DNA of 64,000 nucleotides from the human T2T-CHM13v2.0 reference genome, Homo sapiens. Position 1 is the stretch's first letter. The number at the start of each line of letters is the position of its first letter. The notes under the pieces are model-generated. The model was not told the origin of the DNA, did not search any database, and saw only the letters and a list, made by a program, of their open reading frames with translations. The translations under genes were made by a program, and so were the position numbers. Shown piece by piece: positions 1-13,300 of this stretch. Where the stretch lies: NCBI RefSeq assembly GCF_009914755.1, contig NC_060936.1; one strand, 5' to 3'.

Positions 1-2385
1 TTGAGGATTAGAAATGTTTGTCTGAGTAATAATTGTCATAATCAGATTTTAATCTAGTTCTTGCCTCTCCAGAGAACGGTTGATTAAAATTGCTGGAAGT
101 AAATCATAGAATTATTCTTCCCATTCATTCTTTCTTAAAATCCTTTTAAACCTTTTACACAGGGTCTTGGATATCAAAGAGACAAGCACGAACACTTAAA
201 AGAGAAAAATCCATATTATTTATTGTTCTTCAGGAAATGCTCCTGTGACTGTGGCCGGTAGGGGGGAGGGGGGTCTTGACTGACTATAATGTGGTTATTG
301 TTTCCATTTTAAAATATGATGGGAGAAGCCAATGGTTTAACAAGATAGATGATGGTGAAAACCAATACCCCAATGCACTTCCCATGAAAATGTACGATGG
401 ATCTCTATTTTTCTGTGTATAAAGATACACAGAAAGAAAGCAGCACATTGAAAACATAAAATATAAAGCTGGAAAGCCCTGACTCCTGCCTGATTGACAC
501 CATCTCAAGGTTCATTTCCTGACATTTCAAATGAGAATTGTGAGCAATTGAATTTAAAGACAATCTCTTCCCTTGTGGTTTTAAAGTGTATCTCAGTAGA
601 ATGTTTATGTCACTTAGTATTTTTTTATCTTACTTGGTTAAAGAGCTCCCCACTTTCAATCTTAATACCCAGGGAGTTTTTCTATAGTGTAGGTAAGCTA
701 GAAGAATACAAGAAGTCTTTCTTATCAAGGGCATTTTGGAACTTTGGGCTCTTGCCCAGGAATCCACAAAAGACTTAGTTTGCTCACACAGTGGGTAAAA
801 TATTCACTTAATTAATTTAACAAAAATGAGTAAAATAGGCTACCAGGAATAATGAATGCAAAAACTTTAGCACCTAAATTAGAGATTAATGCAGATGACT
901 GATTTCAGTCATCATAAAAGATGAACAATCCTGTATAGTCTACTCAAATATTTTTAAAGTTTAAATTATTATGGTGAGCCGAAACTGATTACTTAGAAAG
1001 TGCTTTATTTTCTTATTTTGGAGAAGACATCCGTTTTGGTCTGAATCTCTTTGAAACAGAGCCTCAAACAAAGATGTGGAGAAAGGTTGTTTATTATTGT
1101 TGTTAATTGTTTGTTTTCAATATGATCCTAGGAAGCAGGTATGAGGAAAAGGCAGAGTGAACAGGAAAGAGGGGAGCTCAGATACAAACGTGCTATTTGT
1201 CTTGTTGGCAACCACTGTGGGCAACTGGTACTCCATCCCTTGAGACCTTTGAGGAGTTTTATAAATGTGCCTCTGAAGCTGCCCTGCTTGGGATGAAAAG
1301 GGAAGCATTCATCCACTTCTGAATGTCCAGAAATGTGCTCATTCAACACATAAACCTCACTTTTGTGAAGTGAATTTGAGCCATCCTGTTGCACTTCATA
1401 ATAGTTTCTTACATGTTTATGTAAATAAAAAATGCAGGATTATATTATTATTAGACATTTTAATCTAGGCATTTTGGTTAATTGTGAAATTACAATCCCG
1501 TTATTTTATAGACAGGGCATCTAAAATATGTAAAATATCAGGATAGTTACAAATAATCCTTTTCTTTTTATTCTTATATTACATATAACATATTTTTATT
1601 CATTTTATTCATACCTTAGATATAATTATAAATCTTGAATGCAAAAAAGCCTTTATTTAAAGATGAAAATTATAATCCATAACTTTTCTTAAACTTTAAG
1701 AGAAAAGTAATCCTGTAATTATTTGACAAAAGTAATCATTTCTAATGAAAAAATCGATAACTTTTTTAAAAATTATTTTATGGGTAAATAATTTCTACAG
1801 TTTATCCAGTTATTAGATATATTTCTTTGATATCTAGCTTCTATATGGGTTCAAAGGAAATAACATTAGATACTTCTGAAAGGAGGCAGAAGAAAGTATT
1901 ACTTTAGCGTATTCTAGGCCACATAGTAACTATTTTTATCCAGCAAAATTATATTCCTCTCCAACTGCTTTAAGAATGGCTCAGAAGAAGTTTGAAATCA
2001 TGCAAACAGAAGTAAAACAGGAAATAAATGATAAAAATTATAGTGACAAATACTTCCAAATGGAGACCACTTTTATATTTTGAAAGTAAGTCTGCTTCAA
2101 AGTTTTTGGGATTTTTAAATTTTTTATTTTTTATTTTTTTTAGTCAATGTAAAACAATTTTGGGCAATGAAGTAAGACTTTGATTCGCTTTTGGCATCTT
2201 TAGTCATTCCTGCCGTGTATGCTTTACTATATTCTAAGGCTGATAAAAGGGTAGATATCATTAAGAAACATTTGAAAATATGATGATCAGCCAACACCAA
2301 TGGTAATAGAACCAGTTGAAGAGAACTTTTCATAGCTGAAGACTCTAAATCATGGCAAAATATAACTCATCCTGAATGTTTGCAG

Positions 2386-2572
2386 ATTCGGTATTGGGCT
2401 GCCCATGACAAAGAAGAAGCTGCAAACAGAGTTCAAGTCACCAGCCAAGAGTACTCGGCCAGGCTCGAGAACCTTCTGCCAGACACCCAGTATTTTATAG
2501 AAGTCGGGGCCTGCAATAGTGCAGGGTGTGGACCTCCAAGTGACATGATTGAGGCTTTCACCAAGAAAGCAC
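2386..2572 (+). CDS. CNTN1: Contactin-1 internal coding exon (C-terminal half of third FNIII domain; probably exon 21 of 24)
   Basis: tttgcag|ATTCGG...AAAGCAC|gtgagt; 187 nt, phase 0 to 1; encodes IRYWAAHDKEEAANRVQVTSQEYSARLENLLPDTQYFIEVGACNSAGCGPPSDMIEAFTKKA, which has the FNIII L-x-P-x-T-x-Y motif and matches recalled contactin-1. Confidence 0.97.
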
Positions 2573-3269
2573 GTGAGTCTCACGTTTTGTTTTTAGACTT
2601 GTCAAAAACTACCACTGGATTCAATCATGATACGAATATATTTGAAGGAAATTTCCTACCTAGCTACCTGAGCACATTTTTCAATATCCTTTACAGCCAC
2701 ACAAGATTTCCCTTAAAACGTGAATTATTGTAGATGATGAAAAAATGTGAAAAATACCCTCACACGTTAAATATTCCATTATAGAAATAAAGTTAGAGAA
2801 CTATCCTTTTGTAAAGGCTGTCCTCTCAAATTCTGTGCCATTAACTTGTCTTTACCCTGTACTTATTAATTTAAACATTGTTTTCATAGGAGTACATCAA
2901 CAGCATGTGAAAACTAAAATTCTGCTTATTTTTACATGCTTTAATTTATAAACCTCTGTCATTGCACAGTGCAATGCAAGTTAAGTGTGTAGCATTATGC
3001 TTACTCTCTTATTACTGTATGTTCTAGTACTGTATGTTTTAGGTGGTTCATAAAACAAGACCGCCTATCCCTGCTCACGTTCTGGTCATTCTAATCTCTC
3101 TGGGTTCATTTTGATATCTCTGTTCTTGAACCCAAGTGGAATAAGTAAAAAGGAGAATTTTTACGTAGGACTCTAGGGAATGTCTCAAGAATCTGAAGAT
3201 GTGATTACCATTAGAGTGTGAAAATTTATGAAATTCACTTTGGGACAGAGACTCTCCCAGTGAGATGAC

Positions 3270-3398
3270 AGAATGTAGTGACAAGAACTAGAATTTGGTG
3301 TCTAACATGTGTTTGAGATCTGTCTCTGCCACTTGCTAGATGTATGACAATAGATAAATTACCTATTTAAACCTCAGTTTTCTAATTTGTAAAAGGAG
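3270..3398 (+). mobile_element. MIR SINE, 5' part
   Basis: ctctgccacttgctagatgtatgac...aacctcagttttctaatttgtaaaagg matches the MIR core. Confidence 0.75.
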
Positions 3399-4875
3399 CA
3401 TTCATTTTTGTTCTTTTTCCATTTGTTCATGTATTTATTCATTCATCAAAAATATGCTGTGTGCTCAGCACTATTCTTGATGGTGAGGATACAAAAGGGA
3501 TCAAACCAGTCCAAGGTGCTATTCTCGCATGGTTTACAAGCTAATGAAATGAGATAGAAACTTCAAACAAACACAAACTCTGACAAATAAATAAGTGGGA
3601 TTAAAGCAGCTGACAGGGCAATAAAATGAATAAATAGACAAAAGTAAAGTGACTTAGATAAAAGTGAAATTCTGATTGGGTGGCCAGGAAAGGCCTCTGA
3701 GAAGATGCCAGTTAAGCTATGATTTGAGTGATAAATGATAAGAAGAACCCACTATGTGAATAGCTTTAGGCAGAGCCTTAAGGTTCTTTGCACTCTAAGT
3801 AGTACAAAACCTTAAGGTGAAGAGCACTTAAAATATTTTAGGTGTGGAAAGGCCACTGGGTCCAGGGCATAGGTTCTGAGTAAGGAGGGGGAAGTGTTCT
3901 GGGGCCCAATTACGGAGAACCTTGTAAGTAATTGTGATGAGTTTGAGTTCTTTCTAAACATGATAAGAAGCCATTGAAAGATTTTAAAACAGAGAGTGAT
4001 ATCTAATTTATGATGTTGTTTTTAAAAAAGTCATTCTGGCATCTGTACAGAAAATGGATTGTGGTGGGTTAACAGTGGAAGCAGAAAAGCCAGTTAGGAG
4101 ACTATTTCAGCAGTCAAGGAGAGAATTGATAGTGGCTAGCACTAAGTGAAAATGGAGACAGAAGTGGAAAGTTTTCTGTAGGCAGAGTTGACAACTTGCT
4201 GCCAATTTGGATGTTGGCAATGAGTGGGATGAGAGACTAAATACCAAATTTCTGCTTGAGAAACTAGGGGGTTGGTTGTGCCATTTGCTGACGATGGCAA
4301 AGAGTCATTGGAGAAAGATTTGAGGATACTCGACATTATATTACATTTGAAAAATGTATTACATTTGATTATATTACATTTGAGAAATCTTTTAGAGACT
4401 CAAGTAGAAATAGGCTGATATCTGCCTAGACAGAGAGACCTATAGCCACATATGTCTAGAGGTTGAAAGAGAGATTAGGGCTAGAGACAGAACTGTGAAT
4501 ATTTAAAGCCATGGGCCTAAGTGTCAGTACTTAGGGAAGATCCACAGAGAGAGTAGAAAAGGTACATAGATGAAGTCCTAAATCATCCAACAGTTACAAG
4601 TTGACAGAGGGAGCCAGCTAAGCATGAATAATGGGAAGCAGCAGCCCATGAGGTAGAAGGAAAACCCAGTTGTTAAGATCTGAATTTAAGAAAAAATGAG
4701 AGATTCAAGAAAGAAGATGGTCAATTCTGTGAAATGCTCCAAAAATGTTAAATTTAAAAAAGAATAATCAAGTGACATTAGATTTAACCAAGTGGAGGTG
4801 ATTGATGACCTTGCAAATAGCAATTTCAAAAGACTAGTGGAGAAAGAAACCCAAGTGGAGCATGATGAGAAGAGA
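3399..4875 (-). mobile_element. L2 LINE fragment nested in the MIR
   Basis: ttcattcatc...tgtgtgctcagcactattc is the reverse-complemented L2 3' end; purine-rich L2 body (ggtggccaggaaaggcctctgagaag; ggaggtgattgatgaccttg). Confidence 0.8.
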
Positions 4876-4990
4876 ATAAAAGTCATATTACCTAGCTCAC
4901 AGGGCCATGGGGTACATTAAATGGACTCATGGATGTAAAGTGCTTAGCATAGTGCCTGGCATATAGTAAACACTTATTAAAACTAGATGG
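4876..4990 (+). mobile_element. MIR SINE, 3' part
   Basis: ttacctagctcacaggg...tgtaaagtgcttagcatagtgcctggcatatagtaaacac is the MIR 3' half. Confidence 0.8.
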
Positions 4991-5092
4991 TGGTGGTCAT
5001 TATCATCAGCATTATAATACCTGATGCAATAGAGTATGCAGAATTGAGATTGGATATAGTGACCACTGATTGCATATTACTACTTTTCACAG

Positions 5093-5205
5093 CTCCTAGC
5101 CAGCCTCCAAGGATCATCAGTTCAGTAAGGTCTGGTTCACGCTATATAATCACCTGGGATCATGTCGTTGCACTATCAAATGAATCTACAGTGACGGGAT
5201 ATAAG
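5093..5205 (+). CDS. CNTN1: Contactin-1 internal coding exon (start of fourth FNIII domain; probably exon 22)
   Basis: cttttcacag|CTCCTAGC...TATAAG|gtatat; 113 nt, phase 1 to 0, in frame with the previous exon; (P)PSQPPRIISSVRSGSRYIITWDHVVALSNESTVTGYK, with an NES glycosylation sequon. Confidence 0.97.
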
Positions 5206-5256
5206 GTATATACAAATAGTGATGATTAATGTTTGCAATTCTTGCTATTTCAGTGA

Positions 5257-5619
<363 letters not shown>

Positions 5620-6298
5620 TAGTGCCATGATACATTTTGAAATGGAAAACATTATCTTCAGTGAATTTCAGCAAAATGTTATGTCAAAAGTGTAAGATAA
5701 GTAGAATACTTTAAAGATAAAATAGAATAATCAGAGCTTAAGGAGGAGAGAGAACGAAACTATTTTTGTTTGGCAATGATTATGATAGGGTTGCCCAGCA
5801 CCCAGAAAACTCCTTGATAAACTGAGTTACTGTTTATAAATGAATAAAAAGGAGAAAAGCTTATTTTAAATATATTCTTTATATCACACACTATCACATT
5901 TTTCACTGGATACCAAATTTTATGGAAAATGGTAAAAATAAAAATTGAGAGACAATTTTCAGACCATTTCAATATATTTTAAAAGTTCTCATTTTGGACT
6001 TTTTTCTTAAAAAGACTCATTCTTTCTATATTTTTATTTTGGGTCATCTCAAAAAATAAAATTCAGATGCTTAAGTCACATCTCCTTGGATAATCCTACA
6101 AACTTGCAAAAATCAACTATTGTGAATTGAAACTAACATGATTTTTTTCATCTAGTTTTAAATTTAGTTTTTCCTCTTGTTTTAAATTTATTACTTTTTG
6201 TTAATCAAAGTATAAGCATTTTTATTCTGGTTTTAGTGTTAGAGCATTGGCTCATTATTATGACTTTACTGCATATTTACATTTCTGTACTTTATAAG

Positions 6299-6455
6299 GT
6301 ACTCTACAGACCTGATGGCCAGCATGATGGCAAGCTGTATTCAACTCACAAACACTCCATAGAAGTCCCAATCCCCAGAGATGGAGAATACGTTGTGGAG
6401 GTTCGCGCGCACAGTGATGGAGGAGATGGAGTGGTGTCTCAAGTCAAAATTTCAG
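6299..6455 (+). CDS. CNTN1: Contactin-1 penultimate coding exon (end of fourth FNIII domain, up to the likely GPI omega serine)
   Basis: tttataag|GTACTC...ATTTCAG|gtaagt; 157 nt, phase 0 to 1; VLYRPDGQHDGKLYSTHKHSIEVPIPRDGEYVVEVRAHSDGGDGVVSQVKIS. Confidence 0.97.
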
Positions 6456-6684
6456 GTAAGTGAGTCATTTAAGACACATTTCAACTAAGTACTTGTGAGT
6501 TTCTAGACCCTGTGGATTCCCAAGGGTAGGGATAAGCCTGATACACCAGTGTCCATATTTTCCTAAGTAGATTGGACATATCAAGGATTCCCTGAAACTT
6601 GGTATTTCTCCTCTTATGAGTCACAAAAGTAAGTCTGTGACATACCACATACTTCTTGATTATTATCTGGATGTCAAAGCACAG

Positions 6685-6860
6685 TTGAAATCTTTCAGAC
6701 ATAAGACGAACGAGTTTTTGGGATCCAATATACAGTATGGAACATATTAGTTTATTTGATTGTGGTAATCATTATACAATGTATACATATATCAAATCTT
6801 CATGTTGTTCACCTTGAATATATTTAATCTTTGTCAGTTAAATATTTTCAAATAAAAAGC
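6685..6860 (+). mobile_element. Old L1 (L1MA-like) 3' end with AATAAA at 6851
   Basis: ttgattgtggtaatcattatacaatgtatacatatatcaaatcttcatgttgttcaccttgaatat resembles an L1MA 3' terminus. Confidence 0.75.
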
Positions 6861-7328
6861 ACAATTAAAATGGCATAATTTATTGAATACTATATAATAC
6901 TAGGCTATTATTTAATAATAACCAAACTTCTATCAAAAGGAAATACACTAGGCTATTTTTAATACTCTTATAACTCTTTCACTTGGACTATAGATATTGA
7001 TATAGTAGTAAAAGAGAAAAACACTAAATTATAGCCCCTTTGTCTTTTCTCTTTCTCTATCTTATCTATTCCTTTTCTACAAACTCTATTTCTCACACCT
7101 TTGTTTGATTTGGAAATACATATATTTGAGGCAGTCATTTCTTTTTTTTTATTTCTGGCAATCTGTTATTTAATTTTTGACATATTTTTCTTAACCTATA
7201 TGCATGATATAGTTTAATTATACTGAATTTCAATAGATGTTAATTTGAGAAATGTATGAGAGGCTTTGACATTACCAGAAGATCCTAGAACAAAGATGAT
7301 AATAAATAATTTATAAGAAAATTTGGTT

Positions 7329-7440
7329 AATCTGTACAACAAACCCCATGACACAAGTTTACCTGTATAACAAATCTGCACATATACCCCTGAACTTAAA
7401 ATAAAAGTTAAATTTTAAGAAAACTAAAAAAAAAGAAAAT
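7329..7440 (+). mobile_element. L1PA (old, PA13-16-like) 3' end with AATAAA at 7400 and A tail
   Basis: atctgtacaacaaaccccatgacacaagtttacctgtataacaaatctgcacatatacccctgaacttaaaataaaag. Confidence 0.85.
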
Positions 7441-8420
7441 TGAAAATTTGGTGATTTTGATATAAAGAAATAAATATGCTATATATTAAACCAACAAAAA
7501 ATCCTTTACCACAATGCCAGAGTATTTAATGGTATTTAATAAATGCTGGCTTCAATTGTATGCCATGTTTTTGTGAAGTTTGCCACAATACATATATACA
7601 TCCTTTACAAATCAAAATAGAACTTTGATTTTTTTTAGTTTAATCATCAGCAATTTTGTCTTTTAAGAAAATAGAGAAATTACAGAGATGTGAAAGGAAA
7701 AGAAAATAATCATGTTCCAAATACCCTAAAATAGCTACTGTTAATGCTTAGTTGAATTTACTTATAGTCACTCTGTATACATATATAATTTCATGTTTCA
7801 GCTTCCATTTTTGTAAATTATTTAAAAATTATAAATGATATTCTTTCAAACAAATATGCAAACTCATTAAAGTTTTTTTCTATCATAAATAATACTTTTA
7901 GAGTCCATTTTCATAAATTAATCTTTCTTCTGGTTAAATTTAAGACAAAGTGTTTTAGGTTGCTAAATTTCTTCAAAAACACTTACTAATTTCTATTCCT
8001 ATTATCATTGAGTATAAGTGCTTTTCTCACTGTACCACTCTAATATTATTGTCTTTTTAGTCATTGCTAATTTGACAGGGGAAAATAGAATTTTCTTATT
8101 TTTGAAACATTTTCTATATTCAGAACTTTGTCAACATCTTCAATAGTTTTACACTTAGTGGGCAGTTTCACAAAAGGAAATCAGAGGGAAATATGGCCAT
8201 TATTTCAAGGAAGGTAAAGCACAAATAACTAAATAAATTGCTCTTGAACCCTGGGCCTTCTTTCTCTTGTGTAGAAGCCAGCCACAGCGAGCTTTTGCTC
8301 TCTGTACTCACCCTTGGTTCATCATTCCTCACCGAAAGGAGAACCTAGCTTCTGGGATTTAGACTAGAGGTTTTCAGCAAGAGATGATGTAGCAGTGATG
8401 GTAACATCAGTTTACCTATC

Positions 8421-8838
8421 ACTAATGGCACTGGTAAATGTTAAACAGTAGAATCACTAGGGATAGGGGAAAGCCCTGTTTATAATGTTTGCCTGTTTCT
8501 GTGGTGTAAATATTCTCATTATGTGTGATTTCAAGCTTTCCAAGTGATGTCACTTAATATGGAGCTGTGAAGAGCTACCCAGTAGCACATCATTATATGT
8601 AATTGCCACCATACAGGTATAATAAGAACCTAAAAAACATTTGACAACATTATAATATAGTAAAATATTAAGAAATGATGGGTTTTGAGTATTTACTACA
8701 TTTGTTTTAAGCTTTTAAATTTAAGTTTACATAAATTCTATTTTAATAATTACATTTTTAACACATTGCTCATACATTTCCTAAAAATTTAACAATTGGA
8801 TTTCAGGGGTTGTATCGGTTGATTTCAGCATACCACAG
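8421..8838 (+). mobile_element. MER63-like hAT DNA transposon
   Basis: ctggtaaatgttaaaca...gtggtgtaaatattctc...gatttcaagct...gatgtcact...cagcataccacag matches recalled MER63. Confidence 0.7.
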
Positions 8839-9349
8839 CTGTAATTTGATATTTCAGTATATATAGCTCATGTATAGAAGAGTATTTTTTTAATCCCAAA
8901 CTTAGGATATTTTTCATATTTTTCTCTTTTTGCCAACTAATGGACAACATTCTTATTGATTTTAGAATTTCTATTATTTATCTCTTATTCTGACCATAAC
9001 TGTACAAATAAACTGTAGAATTAACGTTATGAAATGTCAGATGCTTGGTGAATAACACCATTCTAGAATATTCTTGTTTTTAAGTTTGGATTTTCAAATC
9101 ATTTAAATTATTTTAATGAGGCAAATGTGTAAATACAAACAGAAATTACAGGTTTTTTTCTAAATTTAAAAGACTCTTAGTACTTTCTTTTGGTTTTCAT
9201 GCCCTAAATACGTAGCCAGGATTATAACACACTACTAGATCTTAATGTTTATAAGCATTATGCTGTTTGTTCATTCATTCATTCAACAAATAGACATTAA
9301 ATGCCTACAATACAGCAATCACAGTTCACATATTTAAAATGTGCTAAGA

Positions 9350-10170
9350 TTTACATATTTCCACATCTCTGCCTGGCCCTGCTGCAATTCTAATGATCCT
9401 CTTGCCTCCCAGTGTTGGCCTCTCAAGGCCTATTATCTATGCAATAGACAGGGGGGTTTTTTAAAACACAAATCAAATCATATAACTCTCCTGTTAGAAA
9501 GATGGCTCACAGGGAATGGTGTGAACCCTGGAGGTGGTGCTTGCAGTGAGCCGAAATCGCGCCACTGCACTCCAGCCTGGGCGACAGAGCGAGACTCCGT
9601 CTCAAAAAAAAAAAAAAAAGAAAAAGAAAAAAAGAAAGAAAGATGGCTCACAGGTAACATCTACATTTCTTACTGTGGCCTATAGTGGTCTATATAATCC
9701 ACCCTCTCTCTCATCTCAATTAAGTGCTTTGTCCCTTTCTCTGTTGACATTTCTCTTCTTGAACACACCAGTGTTATCCCTGCCTTGAGGCATCTCTACT
9801 TGTTCTCCCTTCTGCCTGGAATTCTCTGGATCTTGGCATGTTAGTTTCATTCTCATCATTCTTGTTTCTGTTCTGATGTCACTTCCTCAGAAAAGCTCTA
9901 TATATGGCCAGCAATTAAGGTAGCAGGCTACTCTGAGTAAATCTTCCTTATATCATAGCACTGTTTACTTTTCATCCTAATGTTAGTAACCATGTAAAAT
10001 TATCTTATTTATTAATTTGTATTTGTTTATCATGTCTCTCCATCCTTACTTGAAGCTAAGCTCCATGGGAGCAAGCTCTTGTTTGCCTCAGTTGACCTTT
10101 GAATCTCCAGCACTTAGGGGACTATCTGGCATGTAGCAGGGTTTTAAAAAATAACTGTTGAATTAATTCA
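9350..10170 (+). mobile_element. L2 3' region (interrupted by an Alu)
   Basis: ttctgcctggaattctc...tgtcacttcctcagaaaagc...taagctccatgggagcaag...ctggcatgtagcagg...tgttgaattaat. Confidence 0.75.
9514..9636 (+). mobile_element. 5'-truncated AluY-like element with 18-bp TSD
   Basis: Right-arm 3' end plus A tail, flanked by AGAAAGATGGCTCACAGG at 9496-9513 and 9637-9654. Confidence 0.95.
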
Positions 10171-10991
10171 TGATTTCTGTATAGAGAAAAGCCCACTAAC
10201 AAGAATAACTTGGGCAACTTAAAACTATAGTTTTCATCTCTAGAAAACTGATATACTTCCCCATTAGGTTCATGATTTATATTATTTCATGTGCTGATCC
10301 GCAAATTTGATTCTTAAAAAAATAAGACTTCCTTTTAGACATATTTTGGAAATATTTCAGATTTGATTATCTGTAACTGCACTTCTATCTGACTTGAACA
10401 CTGTTATCCATTGCTTTAATAACTTATTCCTTATTGAATATTTGTAGTGCATATCAAGGCAAATGTAACACCACAAATGTTTCATCACACATATACTATC
10501 TCTAATAATTCTATATTATCCTTCAAAAACCGTTTTTAATAATTATGAGCAAATTAAGAAAATATACATATAGCTATAATTTTCAATATTAATTTCCATA
10601 AGCTAATTTGGATTACTACATATTTTCTATAAATTTTAGAATATCAATTGACAAGGATCCTTGGTCATAAATAAATATCCTCAGAGAAGCACATATTTAA
10701 TTATTTGTAGTGAGCATGCATATTTTAAGTCTTTACTTTTCTTTTTAGTTTTAAATAGACTATAGATAGCTGAATCAAGAAAGACTGCAGAACATTTTAG
10801 AGTCTGAACATTTTTCTACGGAAAAGAAGTAGTCATTTGAAATTTTTAAGGTAGGAGTAACATGATCAGATTTTCTCACTTGGAAAATCATATTGGTGAT
10901 TGTCGAAAATATGTATAGGAGGGGACTAAGATATAAGGAGATGAAGTACCAGGTTATTGCCATAGAATGATTAAAAGATAATGATGTCCTG

Positions 10992-11353
<362 letters not shown>

Positions 11354-12654
11354 CTAGGGTAGATTCTAAAAGAGCAAGGCATTTTTTCCATTTGATTTAA
11401 AGTTACTATATATTCATTTTGTGTATTTTGTCTTCTAATAAATCTGTAATTTATCCTGATATTACCACTGATGATGTAATCTGTATATTTAACCTAATAT
11501 TTTTGTTAACTCCAAGATATTAAGTTAAACTGTATAACCAAACCCACTGACTTAAACACTGTGATGGAAAACACATTTTGTTGTTTTGCTTTGTCCTCTC
11601 CTGCCAGTAGCAGAAGAAGGTCTAGAAAACTATTTTTTGGGTAGAACTTTTATATGTTTAACTCCATCACTACTCCTGTCCTCCCTTCTCCATTTCCTAA
11701 GTATTGCAGTGTAAGAGGGACAAGAGGATAGTAGGATGTTTAGATTCATTTCATATGTTATTACATTTAGTCTGTGATTAAGATACAATCAGATATTATC
11801 ATTCAGGAAATGCTGTCTCTTCAACCATCTTGAAATAACCAAATATTTTGTTTTCCTTTACCCCATTTTTCATGGGATCAATTTGAGTATTCAAGTATAT
11901 AAATCTAGCCTATATATTTTAGATTGACAAATAGCTTACATTTAAATTACCTCTAAAATGCATATTCTCTTCATTACCATTGAATCATGACTAATCACTC
12001 AAAGCCTTGCCTAACCACATAAATGTACTTAGCACTCCCAGTTTTGTAACAAACATGAAGTTGGAAGATAAATTATTTGGACAAAGTAATATTGTGTGAG
12101 TCTCTAAATTCAACTTTGGGAGGCAACTCATAGCCTTGATGATTATTAACATAACTCCTGCAGTGACTAGGTTTGATCCAGCAGTTGTTGGACAACTCCC
12201 AGCACAGGGAGTTTCCAGAGCCTTAATTGTCCTTCAGAAGCTTTGAGTACAACTTCTAGAAGCACATTTTAATATTTTAACTATATGTCAGGCCGTGAAC
12301 AGCACCTCTGTATCTAAACTAACCTAGGTTTTTTCAAATTTTCCCTAAGGTTTCCATTAGCTGCTACCAAGTTCTCACAACAACTTCAATATTTTATTTT
12401 GCTCATTTAGTTAGACTCAGAAATAATTTTGCTGAAACATTCCTTGATGGAACACATGTAAGAATGGAAAGGAAATTTTAAAATAATCCTCCAAGATGTA
12501 CTTTCTACCAGAATAATTTTCATTAATGAAATAAAGTCTTAGCCTCCAGAGTTATATTTTAGTATTATAATGTGCCAATGATTTTTTTCTACGATAAAAT
12601 AAAACTTACTCTTCAAACATTACAGATTTTCAAAAACATTTTGTTCTCTAGTAA

Positions 12655-13300
12655 ATTAATTCATTCAATAAGTGTCTAAACACCAACCATATGTCAGGCA
12701 TTCTGCTGGGCTATTGGTTACAATAATTGCAAACCCTCCTGAAGCTCCCATTCTAATGGATATCAGAAGAATAAAGAACCAACAAACAAATAATAAAACA
12801 ATTAGATTTAATAAAAACACAAGGAAAAATGAGTGGCTCTTTATATTTTTCTTTATATTTAAAGAGAAAAACAGGTACACAAGTTTTTGGTAGGATGATT
12901 AGGTCAAGCCTCACTAAGAAGGTGATGTAGGCTGAAATCTAAAGGACAGGAACTAGCCATATGACAAAAGTGTGGGTAAAGGAAGAGCTTGTCATGTCAA
13001 GGACCTGAAAGGAGGCTGGTGTAACTAGTGTGTAGTGAGGATACAGAGTCATATGGGATGAGGTTGGAGAGGTAAGAGGGGTAAAGTTATGAACAGCCTG
13101 GCATTGATTACATCTAAAAGGCAATACTCAGATGTTTGTAATTTCTTGTAAGTTCAATAGAAAAATGTTGATGTGCTTTCAGGAGATGAAGGACATGATC
13201 TAATTTAAGATCATTTGCTGCTTTTGTGCAGAAAATAGATTGGAGTGAGACAAGAGGGGAGGGAGTTGATAGAGCTAGTGAAAAGAAAGCAAGTCTGAGA
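12655..13300 (-). mobile_element. L2 fragment
   Basis: ttcattcaataag...atgtcaggcattctgctggg; gacatgatctaatttaagatcatttgctgc. Confidence 0.65.

Noticed and set aside
261-273. G6-A-G6 run as a G-quadruplex
   Set aside because: Only two G tracts; not a canonical intramolecular G4.
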